The translations under genes and the position numbers were made by a program. 64,000 nt of DNA, taken from NCBI RefSeq assembly GCF_006345805.1, contig NC_043003.1, positions 105,400,001 through 105,464,000 on the forward strand, in the 5' to 3' direction. Within the stretch, counting starts at the first letter, position 1; the number at the start of each line of letters is the position of its first letter. The stretch is from Octopus sinensis (taxonomy: Eukaryota). Below the pieces are notes generated by a model. The model did no database searches, was not told the origin of the DNA, and saw only the letters and a list, made by a program, of their open reading frames with translations. Positions 12,847 through 25,275 of this stretch are shown piece after piece.

Positions 12847-13338
12847 GAATATAAAGCAAGACATGACAGAGTCGGCCAGTATTTACATTGGACAATATGT
12901 CGGCATTATAAAATCAAAACCGCTGACAAATGGTATAAACACCATCCTGAAGCTGTGACTGAGGGAGAAAATGTGTAAATTCTATGGAACTTCCCCGTAC
13001 CGACCGACAAGACTATAAAAACTAATAAACTGGATATTATAAAAGATCAGGCAAAAAAGATGTGTTTATTAATTGACATGAGTATCCCTTGTGATCACAA
13101 TATAGCAGTGAAAGAATTTGACAAGATGAGTAAATATAAAGACCTGCTAATAGAAATTGAAAAAATGTGGCATCTCAAGGTGACTACAGTACCAGTGATT
13201 GTAGGATCTCTAGGAATGATAAAAAAAGGTACTGAAACCTATTTGAAAATGATACCAGGCTTACCATCCCTACAAGAAATGCAAAAAATCATGTTAACAG
13301 GAACGGCTCATGTACTGAGAAGAGCATTATCGCTGTAA
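12847..13338 (+). mobile_element. R4/Dong-clade LINE 3' fragment (restriction-like endonuclease domain)
   Basis: EYKARHDRVGQYLHW..C..KWYKHHP..V*ILWNF..TDKTI..NKLDII...CLLIDMSIP.D.N...KE..K..KYKDL..EI..MW......VPVIVGSLG...GTAHVLRRALSL*. Confidence 0.88.
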
Positions 13339-13439
13339 AAACAACATCCATTCATGAATTTATTTATTTATTAATTTTTTTCAATACATATTTTACCTGT
13401 GAATTTGCGACAAGCACAGGCAAGGGCGTTCTGGACCAG

Positions 13440-14700
13440 GGTTGGGGGGTATCCTCAATGCCTGAACAGGTGGGCCAGGTACTGTGAGTGGGTCTCAAAA
13501 TCCTGGTCACGGCTGCACAAGCGTCGGAGGCGGAGGAACTGGGAGCAGGGGATGGCCCATTTGGTGTGGAAGGGATGGGAGGAGGAGAAGTTGAGGTAGA
13601 GGTGGGAATCCATGGGTTTGAAGAAGGCAGAGGTGGTGAGAGAGTGGGAGGGGTGGTCAATGGTAAGAGAGATGTCGAGGAAGTTAACAGAGGTGTCAGA
13701 GATAGTAGAAGTGAATTGGAGAGAAGGGTGGAAGTTAGAGAGGAAAGAGATGAAGTGGCAGAGTTGTTTGCGGGAGAGGGAGGTGGCACCTATGCAGTCA
13801 TTTATGTAGTGACTGTATAGCTCTGGAATCGGCCCGGAGAATTGGGAGAATGCTTGGGCCTCAATGTGGCCAACAAAGAGGTTGGCAAAATTGAGGCCCA
13901 TTCTCGTTCCCATTGCGACCCCAGACAGCTGTTGGTAGGTATCCCTGGCGAACGTAAAGCAGTTGAGGGTGAGGATGAGCTCTGCCAGGCGGAGAAGGGT
14001 GGGGGTGCTGGGTGTGGGCTCAGGGTGATGGTTGAGGAAATATTGGAGGGGGCTAAGAGACCGTCGTGGTGTGGAATCACAGTGTATAGGGATTTGATGT
14101 CTAAGGTGAAGAGGAGGTGTGAGGGGCTGGGAGGGAAGGAAAAGGAATTGAAGAGATGAAGGGCGTGATTAGTGTCATGTATGTGGGATGGGAGGGCAGC
14201 AACTAAAGGGGACAGGATGCAGTCAAAGTATTTAGAAATGAGTTCGGTGGGACAATTACAGGCAGAAACAATGGGGCGGTCAGGGTTATTGGGTTTATGT
14301 ATTTTGGGAAGGAAATAGATGGTGAAGGTCCGGGGTGTTTGGACGATGAGGTTGGTGTGGAGAGCAGAAGAAGAGATGAGGTCGTAGATGGTGAAGGACA
14401 CTCGCTGTTGGTAGGAGGAGGTGGGGTCAGAGGGGAGTAGGCGATAGAAGAGGGGATTTTGAAGTTGGCTGAGCGCTTCCTCTCTGTATAGGTCTGTGCG
14501 CCACACCACTCCACCTTTATCTGCCAGCTTCATGACAATGTCGTTGCGGTGACGGAGGTTGCAAAGGGCAATCGATTCAACACGAGTGAGGTTGTCTTGG
14601 AGAGATCTTTTTTTGAAATTGAATCGGTTGACCAATGCACTGCATTCGTACACAAACAAATCTAGGCTACTGAATTGGCCTGGAGGTGGCGTCCAGTTGG
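13440..14700 (-). mobile_element. Penelope-like element reverse transcriptase pseudogene
   Basis: SNWTPP...DIVMKLADKG...YFLPKIHKPNNPDRPIVS...LDIKSLYTVIPH / GVAMGTRMGLNFANLFVG...HYIND...NFLD...SSHP...IPCSQFLRLRRLCS; frameshifts; 5' end abuts (TA)n at 14708. Confidence 0.92.
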
Positions 14701-14705
14701 ATAGG

Positions 14706-14746
<41 letters not shown>

Positions 14747-15054
14747 AAAGAAGAAAAAGAAAATGGAGATTGGGCAGTTAACAATTGTTTACTATTAACA
14801 GCAAATTAATCATCGTTTGCAGCTGTTTCAATTAATACTCAGTAATTAATATTAAGTAAAATTAAATTTATGTGACCTGAGCATAATATCTTCAGAGGGA
14901 AAAAATATATCTTTGAATGTTTTATATGTGTTTATGGATTCATTATAGCAAACTGACTGATACGGTTTATGATTTGTACTGTTATATGTTCAGGTGAGGG
15001 GTTTACAGGTTGATTAGAGATAAGATAGAGTGGTAAATAGAATTAGAACTATGA

Positions 15055-15699
15055 ATCTTTTCCTTTTGAACGGCAGATGTCAACACAATTTCTAGTTAAC
15101 TAAACACTTTTAAACTTCGTATACTGGTAGAATGTGTTTATAAAACATCATTTTCTCTTGGTTTTATTTAGAAAATTCTATAGTTTGTAAGATATTTCGT
15201 CTGAAAATCTAAGCATTTCGGCAATTTTAACCAATCGATTACCTCCATTCAACTAAAATCATTTGCTGCGTCTAAAACTGAGACAACATCCTGTAACTAA
15301 CCCTGAACCTCCCCCCTAACCCTAACCCTAAGCCTTTTTTTTTTCTTAATTGTTAAATTAATTTAATTCCATTGCTTTAGTTTTTTTACACGCGTAACAA
15401 TTAAATTAATTTAACAATTAAGAAAAAAAAATTTAGGGTTAGGGTTAGAGTTAGGGGGGAGGTTTAGGGTTAGTTACAGGATGTTGTCTCAGTTTTAGAC
15501 GCAGCAAATGATTTTAGCTCAAAAGAGAGCATAGGATTGGTTAAAATTCGAAAAATTAAACTACATTAAACAAACAAATTACAGTTTTCTCAAGAAAGCC
15601 AAGAGAAAAAAATGTTTTATTTTGACACATTCTACCAGTATACGAAGTTTTAAAGTGTTTAGTTAACTAGAAATTGTCTGCCGTTCAAAAGGAAAAGAT
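15055..15699. mobile_element. 645-bp foldback element (about 310-bp imperfect arms, 30-nt loop) with internal (CCCTAA)n/(TTAGGG)n
   Basis: Termini atcttttccttttgaacggcag / ctgccgttcaaaaggaaaagat; loop 15369-15398. Confidence 0.88.
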
Positions 15700-16976
15700 C
15701 CAGAACAATAAATGAACAAATTAAATAGAGATGAAAGAGGAAATTTAAATATAAATAAGTTAAGTTTATAGTTAACTAACAGCAGCTAATCCTGGTTTCA
15801 CCTGGTTACTTTGGATGATGCGGCTGTAAAACCTGGTCTGTGTAAGCATTCGACTTGTTTGGGCATGCTTAAATTAAAAGACAATTTTAGAATGACTTTT
15901 TTCTGTCAAAACGCTAAAAATAACTGACTAACAAAAGAAAAAACCTACCGAGATTCAACCAAATCAAAAACTAAACCCAAATACTAAGCAAACAAAGATG
16001 AACCATCCCACTTCCATGGCGCACGCATACACACACACACACGTTCACACCCCCTTCCCTTTACATACACACATATATTCACACAGAGTTGAAACGCTGT
16101 TTGATTTATTTTTCATTGCACAATTTTCATCATCCCACCACCAAGTATGACATCACCCCTTCCTTCCTTATTCATCTATCACTCCTTCTTTTCTCATTCA
16201 TAAACACAAGAGTATTATTATAGTAGATTATCTTGGTAACCATGGGAGCTTTGGAAAAATACAAAGTCTGGCAACAGTGCAATTCCACCCAGCCATTTGA
16301 CCATGAATCCCAAGACATGTATAGATAAAAGAATGGAATATTCGTTTATAAGGTATAAATAAAGAGAAGAGCAGAGAGTATTTTTTGTCTTGCGTTTTAG
16401 CGTTTCACCGTTAGAATCAACATCAAAAAGAAACACAAGTAATAAAATGGAAGCTTATTAGTTTTAAAAATATCAGTGAAAATCAATATCCTATGGAGGG
16501 CATAGGGACACAGCATGAGATGCAACCTTTTCCCAACATCTCTTTTGGTCATCAGCCAAACTTCAGGTTTCGCACCATCTGCCTGTCTGTCCAATTTTTG
16601 AGGTTGTTCAACCATTCACTTCATGCTCTTTTAATGATGGTTTGTCCATGCATGACCATCAAATATGTACAGCGATTTCTTACTTTGGCACAGTGCCACT
16701 AATTCAGAAAGCATAGTGAATTGGTACTTCCACTGAAGGAATGAAATGTAAAGTCAGCTGAGTAGGACTGGTACTCAAACCCTAAAGAAAATTGGTTATA
16801 GACTGCAAAACTTTTCCAGCTTGTTCTCTATTGGCAAGAAGCCTTGTAATTAGACTGAACAATCACATACATACTTAGGACCTACATGGACAGAGGGGAA
16901 AAGGTATGTACTGTCATAGAGGTCAGCTGTCCGGCAGATATAAAAATCTCTTTGAAAATCAAAGAAAAAGAGGATA

Positions 16977-17147
16977 GGCGCAGGAGTGGCTGTGTGGTAA
17001 GTAGCTTGTCTACCAACCGCATGGTTCCGGGTTCAGTCCCACTGCGTGGCACCTTGGGTAAGTGTCTTCTACTATAGCCTTGGGCCGACCAAAGCCTTGT
17101 GAGTGGATTTGGTAGACGGAAACTGAAAGAAGCCCGTCGTATATATG

Positions 17148-17178
<31 letters not shown>

Positions 17179-17380
17179 CTGTGTTTGTCCCCCTAGCATT
17201 GCTTGACAACCGATGCTGGTGTGTTTATGTCCCCGTCACTTAGCGGTTCGGCAAAAGAGACCGATAGAATAAGTACTGGGCTTACAAAAGAATAAGTCCC
17301 GGGGTCGATTTGCTCGATTGAAGGCAGTGCTCCAGCATGGCCGCAGTCAAATGACTGAAACAAGTAAAAGAGTAAAAGAG
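16977..17380 (+). mobile_element. tRNA-derived SINE family 1, full-length
   Basis: Complete head, internal microsatellite and gtaaaagagtaaaagag tail. Confidence 0.9.
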
Positions 17381-17384
17381 AGAG

Positions 17385-17610
17385 AGTTATGAACAACTGC
17401 TTTGAAACTTCCAGCTTCTATATCCAGACTATGAATTCATATTCATACCAATAATTGGAGCACTAGGTTTTGTTAGTGAAATGCTTAAAGGAGAATCTGG
17501 ATAAACTGGGATTTTCAGAGAGAGAAACAGACCTAATTCGTACATTTCAAGTGCAATCTGTGAGTGGAACAATAAAAATATGCAAGACTTTTCTAAAGTT
17601 CCAAATGTGA
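17385..17610 (+). mobile_element. RLE-type LINE C-terminal remnant
   Basis: NFQLLYPDYEFIFIPIIGALGFVSEMLK/ENLDKLGFSERE...SVSGTIKICKTFLKF resembles the IGALG...GT tail of RLE LINEs; frameshifted. Confidence 0.6.
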
Positions 17611-17867
17611 ATTTGTCTGTGTTAACTACATCCCAAAGCTGGAGCCGTGCATCTTTGTTGGAAACCGGCTCCCTCCTCAGATAGTGTATCTGATACACTA
17701 TCTGAAATAAAAATGAGGTAGTCTTGGCTGGAATGTCTTTTACCATAAGTTTTCTGATCATTTAACTGGAGCTAACCAACAAACCAGAACTTATACTGTT
17801 TCCTCTGGAGGTTTAAATAAATGCCACAACAACAATAATAACTAAAACAGCACTAGTTTTCATCCAA

Positions 17868-18282
17868 CCATGCCGAACAGTTGCTACAAATAGCACGCAG
17901 TCTGTTCTGTAAAGTGGTTGGCCCATAGGAAGGGTACCATGCCAAAGCAGACAGAGCCAGGCACATTCGTCTGGTTTGCAAGATCCTGTCAAACCATCTA
18001 ACCCATGCCAACATAGAAGGAGGACATTAAACAATGATGATGATGATGATGATGTATATCTATTTCAACAGTAAAGTAATAGATATACATCATTATCATC
18101 ACCATCATCATCATTGTTTAATGTCCTCCTTCCATGTTGGCATGGGTTTAGATGGTTTGACAGGATCTTGCAAGCCAGACGAATGTGCCTGGCTCTGTCT
18201 GCTTTGGCATGGTACCCTTCCTATGGGCCAACCACTTTACAGAACAGACTGCATGCTATTTGTAGCAACTGTTAGGCATGGT
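17868..18282. repeat. young inverted duplication of a (GAT)n-tailed element (about 200-bp arms, 13-nt loop)
   Basis: 17868-18064 is the near-perfect reverse complement of 18078-18282. Confidence 0.92.
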
Positions 18283-18589
18283 TAGATGATGATCATCATC
18301 ATTGATGATAAGCCCTACCCCATCTGCAACAATCCCTTGCTCTTCCCATATACCCTTACATCTACCCATTCACCCTTAGTATTCTTTTACTCCCAGGGTC
18401 CTCCCTTACAAACCACCACTGCCATCTTTATCTCTTTTCAGCTGCTCTTGCAGAATATGAGTAGCCATGTCACTTCTCATGGAGTAAGAAATCTTTTCTC
18501 ACAAACCACCACACACACACAGATGCACACGCACACACGTACATACACACACACACAGGTGCACACGCACACATGTACACACACACATA

Positions 18590-19092
18590 TGCACAAAGAA
18601 ATATGTTGGAGCAATGGACAACTCATTTAAGGCCAGGCTAAATGACCTTCTTTTAGGATCTCAGAGAAGCTCAACATTACCACATTAGCTAGCTATATAT
18701 GACAACTAAAAGGAGTGAATGCCATATAAAGTTAGCAGGAAGCTGCTGGAACAACCTGAGTCTGACCTGAATAGAAGCAGACAGTGCAAACTTTACTTAG
18801 CTGAAAATACAATGACACAAAAAAATTCACACAATCCAGTTGTCTTCCTGAATTCAAAGAGTGAAACGTTTAGCCACTGCCCCTATGACAAAAAATTCAT
18901 GGTGAAAAAGTGGTTTACTTGTTTGTGGTCTTGAGAATGGAAAAATCGTATGCAAGCACAGTAGACCCATTTTGACCACAGCTGGAACTGTACAAAGGGA
19001 GGTAATTCTTCTTTCCCTTTCAGTATTTTTCACCATCAAACTGACCAAGACTGCATATTTGCCTCCATCATAGAGTGACCAATGGTTCCACA
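18590..19092 (+). mobile_element. Penelope-like GIY-YIG endonuclease 3' fragment (left arm)
   Basis: KYVGAMDNSFKARLN..SFRI..TTLASYI*QLK..PYKV..CKLYLAE....FLNSKSE..HCPYDKKF. Confidence 0.8.
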
Positions 19093-19820
19093 TCTATAAT
19101 GCGCTAAACATAATAGACGATTTCTCAGACTCCATTAGCCATGGACCTATAACCGCTTCTCAAACTGGAGATAGAAAACCGTTATGGTCAGTTAATTTTA
19201 TAAGCAAAAATATAAATTTTGTTTGAGCCTTAAATCGGACGGGTTATTGTACTTAGACCAGTCCAGATCAACAAATTTTTACAGTCCTAAACGACGAAGG
19301 GGGATCACCACCCTTAGGTTGGTTCCTGTCCACGACTATTTTTTATATGACCCTAATCAATGAACGGGAAATCACACACCTGCATTAGGTAGCGTTTATG
19401 ATTCAGACAAGGACTGTAGATCTCATTTCTGGAGTTTGAAATGATCCTATGAGACTCGTTTGACCCAACGACCCTTTTAAACTCCAGAAATGAGATCTAC
19501 ATCCCTTGTCCACATCTTAAACGTTACCTACTGCTAGTGTGTGATTTCCCGTTCATTGATTAGGGTCATATAAAAAATAGTTGCAGATAGGAACCAACCT
19601 AAGGGTGGTAATCTCCCTTCGTCGTTTAGGGCCATAAAAATTTGCTGTTTCAGACCGGTCTAAGGGCAGTAACGCGTCCCATTTAAGGCTCAAACAATAT
19701 ATTTTTTGTTCACAAAATTAACTGACTGTAACGGTTTTCTATCTCCAGTTTGAAAAGAGGTTGTATGTCCGTGGCTATTGCAATCTGAAGAGTCATCTGT
19801 TAGGCTTAGCACTTTATAGA

Positions 19821-20500
19821 TGTGGAACCATTGGTCACTCTATGATGGAGGTAAATATACAATCTTGGTCAGTTTGATGGTGAAAAATACTGAAAGGGAA
19901 AGAATTGCCTCCCCTTGTACAGTTCCAGCTTTGGTCAAAATGGGTCAACTGTGCCTGCATACAACTTTTCCATTCTCAATTCCACAAACAAGTAAACCAC
20001 TTTTTCAAAATTAGTTTTCTGTCATAGGGGCAGTGGTTAGATATCTCACTCTTTGAATTCAAGAAAACACCTAGATCATGTGAATATTTTTGTGTCATTG
20101 TCCTTTCAGCTAGGTAAAGTTTGCACTGTCTGCTTCCATTCAGGTAAGAATGTTCTAGCAGCTTCCTGTTAATTTTATATGGCATTCACTCTTTTTAATT
20201 GCCATATATAGCTAGCTAATATTGTAATATTGTGCTTCTCTAAGATCCTAAAAGACCTGTGATTATTTAGCCTGGCCTTAAATGGGTTGTCCATTGCTCC
20301 AATATATTTTTGTGTGTGTTTGTGCGTGCGTGTGTGTATGAGTCCTTTGTTTAATGCTGCTACTTTTGGACACCATCTCTGCTTCATAGATCGCAGCCTC
20401 AGTGTTGCATTGACCATTCACAGAGCACTCACTGCTAGCCCTACATGAGCATCTTGCTTCTATACAGGGTGAGGGATGTTCACTAATATCCTTTCTGTAT
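19821..20500 (-). mobile_element. Penelope-like GIY-YIG endonuclease 3' fragment (right arm, inverted)
   Basis: CSCRASSECSVNGQC...AIYEAEM...KYIGAMDNPFKARLNNHRSF...LASYIWQLK / PYKINRKLLE...CKLYLAE...FLNSKSE...HC. Confidence 0.85.
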
Positions 20501-20670
20501 GTGAGAGAGAGAGAATGTGTGTGTGTGTGCATTGTCATCATGATCTTTTAAGATTTTTCTTCCATGCTGGTAAGGCCTGGATGGATTGACAGAATTTGAT
20601 AGGTTGGAGGACTATCTCATACTCAAACAATTGCTTTGGCATAGTTTCTGTGGTAGGAGGTCCTTCCTAT

Positions 20671-20903
20671 TTATTTCTTTATTGCCCACAGGGGGCTAAA
20701 CATAGAGGGGACAAACAAGGACAGACAAAGGGTTTTAAGCTGATTACATCGACCCCAGTGCATAACTGGTACTTAATTTATCTACTCCGAAAGGATGAAA
20801 GGCAAAGTCGACCTCGGTGGGGTTTGAACTCAGAACATGACGGCAGATGAAATACCACTAAATATTTCACCTGGCATGGTAATGGTTCTGCCAGCTCACC
20901 ACC
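20671..20903 (-). mobile_element. tRNA-derived SINE family 2
   Basis: Reverse complement of 35412-35630. Confidence 0.8.
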
Positions 20904-21525
20904 CTGAGGGAGACCCTTCCTTTTGCCAACCCCCTTATATCATATACAGGTTGCTTTTTTTCATGGCACCAGCATGAGTGACATCACCAAGCAGCTTGTG
21001 AGACTATGATCTCCTTCAAGTGGGTCGGATGAAAGATGAGAAGGAGGCAGATTAAAGCTTGATGATGACTGGTTAAAATATGAAGGTGTGAGAAAAGGTT
21101 TCTTACTCAATGAGAAGGGACATGGCAACTCACACTCTGCAAGAGAAGCTGAAAGTAATCAAAGCGGAGCTGGGAAAAGAGATAAAGATGGCAGTGGTGG
21201 TTTGTAAGGGAGGACCCTGGGAGCAAAAGAATACTAAGGGTGAATGGCTAGAAGATGTAAGGGTATATGAGAAGAGGGAGGGATTGTTGGAGATGGAGTA
21301 GGGGTTGTCATCAATGATGATGATGATGATGATGATATATATATATACATATATATATATACATACATCATCATCGTTTAATGTCCTCCTTCCATGTTGG
21401 CATGGGTTAGATGGTTTGACAGGAGCTGGCAAATCAGAAAAATGTGCCTAGTTCTGTCTGCTTTGGCATGGTTTCTACAGCTGGATACTCTTCCTAATGC
21501 CAATCACTTTACACACACATACACA

Positions 21526-21560
<35 letters not shown>

Positions 21561-21562
<2 letters not shown>

Positions 21563-22380
21563 TATATATAAAAGGCAGTTTGTCTGTCTGTGTGTCTATC
21601 AGGTTGTACCCTCACCCTGACCATGGCTTTCAACTGATTCTGATGAAACTTGACACACACATAGCCCAATATCATAATTCAAAACTAACGCAGCGAAAAT
21701 TTTGAAAAGTTCCCCCAGTTCTGAAAAAAAATCGATAAATTCGACATGGGGTCGAGAATCTAAGCTTATCATATGCAACACATTTTCTGTTGTAGTTTTC
21801 GCAACTTGCAATCGATTTTCACCAAACTCATGGTGAAGCTTAATGTTACCCTAAGGAACTTAATTCTGACGTTAGTTTTTCATGCAATACCTTACCATCA
21901 GAAAAAATCGATAAAATCATGCCATTTTGGGAAATCACGTTCAAATTCAAGATGATATATTTTCGACAATATCTTTACCAAATTGGCAGGAATTTTTTTT
22001 GAAATTCACAGCGAGCATCATGTCTGCTCCAAGGAGCTATATGGCCCTTTTGATTCCAATAGGATACCTTATTACTGGAAAAAATTGGTTATTTACATCA
22101 TATGTGGCACACATAGCAAACCGATTTTTCTGCGATATTTTTTGAAAGTTCATAGATTTTCCCTACACCGATGTTGGACATCAAGTTTGCATTAAATGTC
22201 AAACTAACGACCTTTTGTCAATGCAGTTAACACGTATTGGGAGAAATCGACAAAACCATATCACTTTGAGACCGACCATGATTATACAAAATAACGGTTC
22301 AATGAGTACAAAAAAGGGTAAAAAGGTAAAGGGCATTGCTTATTGACAAAGTTTCTTACATACCCGGGCTATGCTGCTAG
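21561..22380 (+). mobile_element. non-autonomous Helitron
   Basis: TCTATATATAAAA start next to (TA)n; ...cccgggctatgctgCTAG|T end. Confidence 0.75.
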
Positions 22381-22387
22381 TATATAT

Positions 22388-22950
22388 ATACAGAAGGTCT
22401 GATCGAAAGGTATTGGGACTGGTGCCTTAAAAATAAAACTTCAACACATTTCGATTTGGCATTTAACTACCTTTGAAGTTGTTCCCCTTCTGAAGCTGCA
22501 CATTTTATCCAGCATCTTTTTAATTGATGGAAACATTCCTGGAACTTTTTTGTTCATCACATTCTCTTGTACTTCCTCAATGTCTTAAAAATCTTGTTGG
22601 TGCGAGGGGGGGTGTCTTCCACTGTGAAGGCTGAGCCTTGGTTACGGATCATAGCCATTGACACCTGACACCGTTTGTCACCTGTTATGACCATTTTCAA
22701 AAGTTTCCATCTTCCTTGACACAATCAAAGAGATCCATCGCAGCTGTAGCCTGATCTTCATCTTGAGACAACCACTCGCTACACACTTCATTTCCATGCA
22801 CTGCTATAAACAATGGAAATGAGTGAAAATGTTATAACTTAATGTATTCGTGTGGCAGAGTTCAAGGTCAATCTGTGCCAAGTAGTTTCACTCTGCATAT
22901 TTTACCTCTGTTACCATAGAAACAGTCTCACTACTTTTTGATCTATATCA
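22388..22950 (-). mobile_element. internally deleted mariner transposon
   Basis: Imperfect TIRs (ggtctgatcgaaaggtattgggactg / cagtctcactactttttgatcta); minus-strand FLKMVITGD...GYDP...QWKTP and IEEVQE...FQECFHQLKRCWIKC..SEG. Confidence 0.8.
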
Positions 22951-23262
22951 TCCTCATCCACATCATTTAATGACTGTTTTCTATGCTGGCATGGGTGAGA
23001 CGGTTTGACTGGAGCTGGAAAGCTGCACCAAGCACAAGATGTATATTTTGTCTTGCTTTCTTTGGATGGGTGCCCTGCCTAACATGCCAACCACTTTATA
23101 GAGTATAGTGGGTGCCTTCTACATGTTACTGGCATTGGTACCTTTCATGTGTCACTGGCATGGGTGCCTTTTACGTGTCACTGACATAGGTGCCATTTAT
23201 ATGTCACCAGCATAGGTGCCTCTTACGTGTCACCAGCACAAGTGCCCTTTTATGTGTCACCA
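22950..23262 (-). mobile_element. (GAT)n-tailed element with a roughly 26-bp internal minisatellite
   Basis: About 5 units of ggca(t/c)rggtgccttttacgtgtcac at 23130-23262. Confidence 0.7.
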
Positions 23263-23274
23263 GCACTGGTCAGG

Positions 23275-23530
23275 TAGATAAACAGACAGACTGACAGAAA
23301 GAAAGAAAAACAGATAGACAGAGACAGATAGATAAACAGATAAATAGATAGATAAACAGACAGAGACAGACAGATAGCTAGATAGATGGATGGATGGACG
23401 GATGGACGGAGGGACAGACAGACAGACAAATAGATAGATAGATGGTTAAATAGATAGATAAATAGACAAACAAACAATAAATAGATAGATTGACAGACAG
23501 ACAGATGGCTAGCTAGACAGACAGACAGAC

Positions 23531-23586
<56 letters not shown>

Positions 23587-23685
23587 GATAGATAGATAGA
23601 TGGTTAAATAGATAGATAAATAGACAAACAAACAGATAAATAGATAGATTGACAGACAGACAGATGGCTAGCTAGACAGACAGAC

Positions 23686-23726
<41 letters not shown>

Positions 23727-23786
23727 TAGATAGATAGATAGATAGATAGATAAATAGATAGACAGATAGATAGATAAATAGATAGT

Positions 23787-23818
<32 letters not shown>

Positions 23819-23855
23819 TAGATAGATAGATAGATATATAGATAGATAGATAGAC

Positions 23856-23918
<63 letters not shown>

Positions 23919-23927
23919 TAGATAGAC

Positions 23928-23960
<33 letters not shown>

Positions 23961-23971
23961 TACAGACAGAC

Positions 23972-24006
<35 letters not shown>

Positions 24007-24035
24007 TATATAGATAGATAGATAGACAGACAGAC

Positions 24036-24134
<99 letters not shown>

Positions 24135-24147
24135 CAGATAGATAGAT
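23275..24147. repeat. about 870-bp (GATA)/(GACA)n tetranucleotide array
   Basis: Direct reading; includes an internal duplication (about 23425-23530 / 23590-23690). Confidence 0.97.
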
Positions 24148-24479
24148 CAATATGTACTTCACCAGGCATGAGATAACTTATCTAAAAATTCCTTGTAGTA
24201 CCGAACAAATAGTTAGAGATTTATTAGTGCTATGACAACAATGTCTGTATGAAGGAAATAGAATAAGATGCAGGACCCTTGAATTTATCATAAAAAAAGC
24301 GGACATAGAAGTTTGTCTGTATGAAAATATACGTGTACGTAGATATATGTGTGAAAGTGTGCGCGTATGCATGTGTGTATGTGTGCACGCACACATGCAT
24401 ATATGATGTCTTGCAAACAACTTGCACATGCAAGTGCTACCAGTCAAAAGCTCCGTATACCGGAAGCCAGCAAGTGTAT

Positions 24480-24725
24480 GGGGTCATCAGGAGAAAATGC
24501 GCGCCGTTTCGGGGCCTACCTCTCGACGGCATCAATGCGCACCGGCCCCCCTCACTGATATGAAGCCCTGCTTGCTAGATCAGCTGGTTATCAAATAAAG
24601 CTCAATATTCTTCTAGCCATCGCTCATCGTCTCTTTTTAACCAAATCCAGTGGCTAGCCTTCTCCACTGTAGATTGGATATCAGTCATGGTGGTATTGAC
24701 TTTACGATGAGTTAGGCCTAGCGAT
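24480..24725 (-). mobile_element. HERO-like (RLE LINE) extreme 3' end and UTR
   Basis: Minus-strand LGLTHRKVNTTMTDIQSTVEKASHWIWLKRDDERW resembles the HERO C-terminal E.AS.W.W..R....W as I recall it; GC-rich UTR. Confidence 0.6.
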
Positions 24726-24829
24726 AACATATATATATATATGCAAGTTTGGTTTCCCTCAAAAAATGAAAAAAATGGAAAGATGGTCAGAGTAATAAAA
24801 TCATTCCACAATGCTAAGATGTTTTCCAT

Positions 24830-25275
24830 GATGAAAAGTGGTTCAGTTGCTGATTATTTCCATATAAAGAATGGAACCAAGCAGGGTTCTGTAATGGTCC
24901 TTAACTTATTTGCAATCTATTTCTCAGCCTTGCTGCAAACTGCATCCAGGAATATCGATGAAATTGTGCATATCCAATTTAGATCAGATGGCAATCCACA
25001 ACACCCCAGGACCAGAACCAAATTCAGGGAACAACTTCTGTGAGAGTTTGCGTTTGTAGATGGTTGCGCTTTGATAGCATTTTCTCTACAGGACATCCAA
25101 GTATCAGTTGACTGTTTTGTTAATTCTGCCAAATTCTTTGGTTAAACCATCAGCTTGAAGAAGACTGAGGTATTGCACTAACCAGCGCCTGGTCGCCTTA
25201 ACACGATCCTATTGTCCTAAATGCTGTGCCAAAATTTTGCTACTTAGAAAGCATTCTGTCAAACAATATCTCTGA
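24830..25275 (+). mobile_element. RTE-clade (BovB-like) LINE RT fragment
   Basis: FHIKNGTKQGSVMVLNLFAIYFS...IQFRSDG...FAFVDGCALIA...FFG*TISLKKTEVL. Confidence 0.85.

Noticed and set aside
13364-14514. Overlapping Pro/Ser-rich and Gly/Glu-rich ORFs
   Set aside because: Alternative frames and antisense of the GC-rich Penelope RT remnant
15310-15470. Telomere or chromosome-fusion site (head-to-head CCCTAA/TTAGGG)
   Set aside because: Only 2-4 degenerate units per side, embedded symmetrically in a foldback element
16530-16560. Permuted hammerhead (GAAAC...CTGATGA, minus strand)
   Set aside because: No room for stem I and no stem II pairing
23668-24169. 164-aa and 127-aa LSIY-repeat ORFs
   Set aside because: (GATA/GACA)n translation
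24480-24560. Hammerhead- or HDV-like ribozyme in the GC-rich island
   Set aside because: The needed P1/stem II complementarity is absent; better explained as a HERO-like 3' UTR
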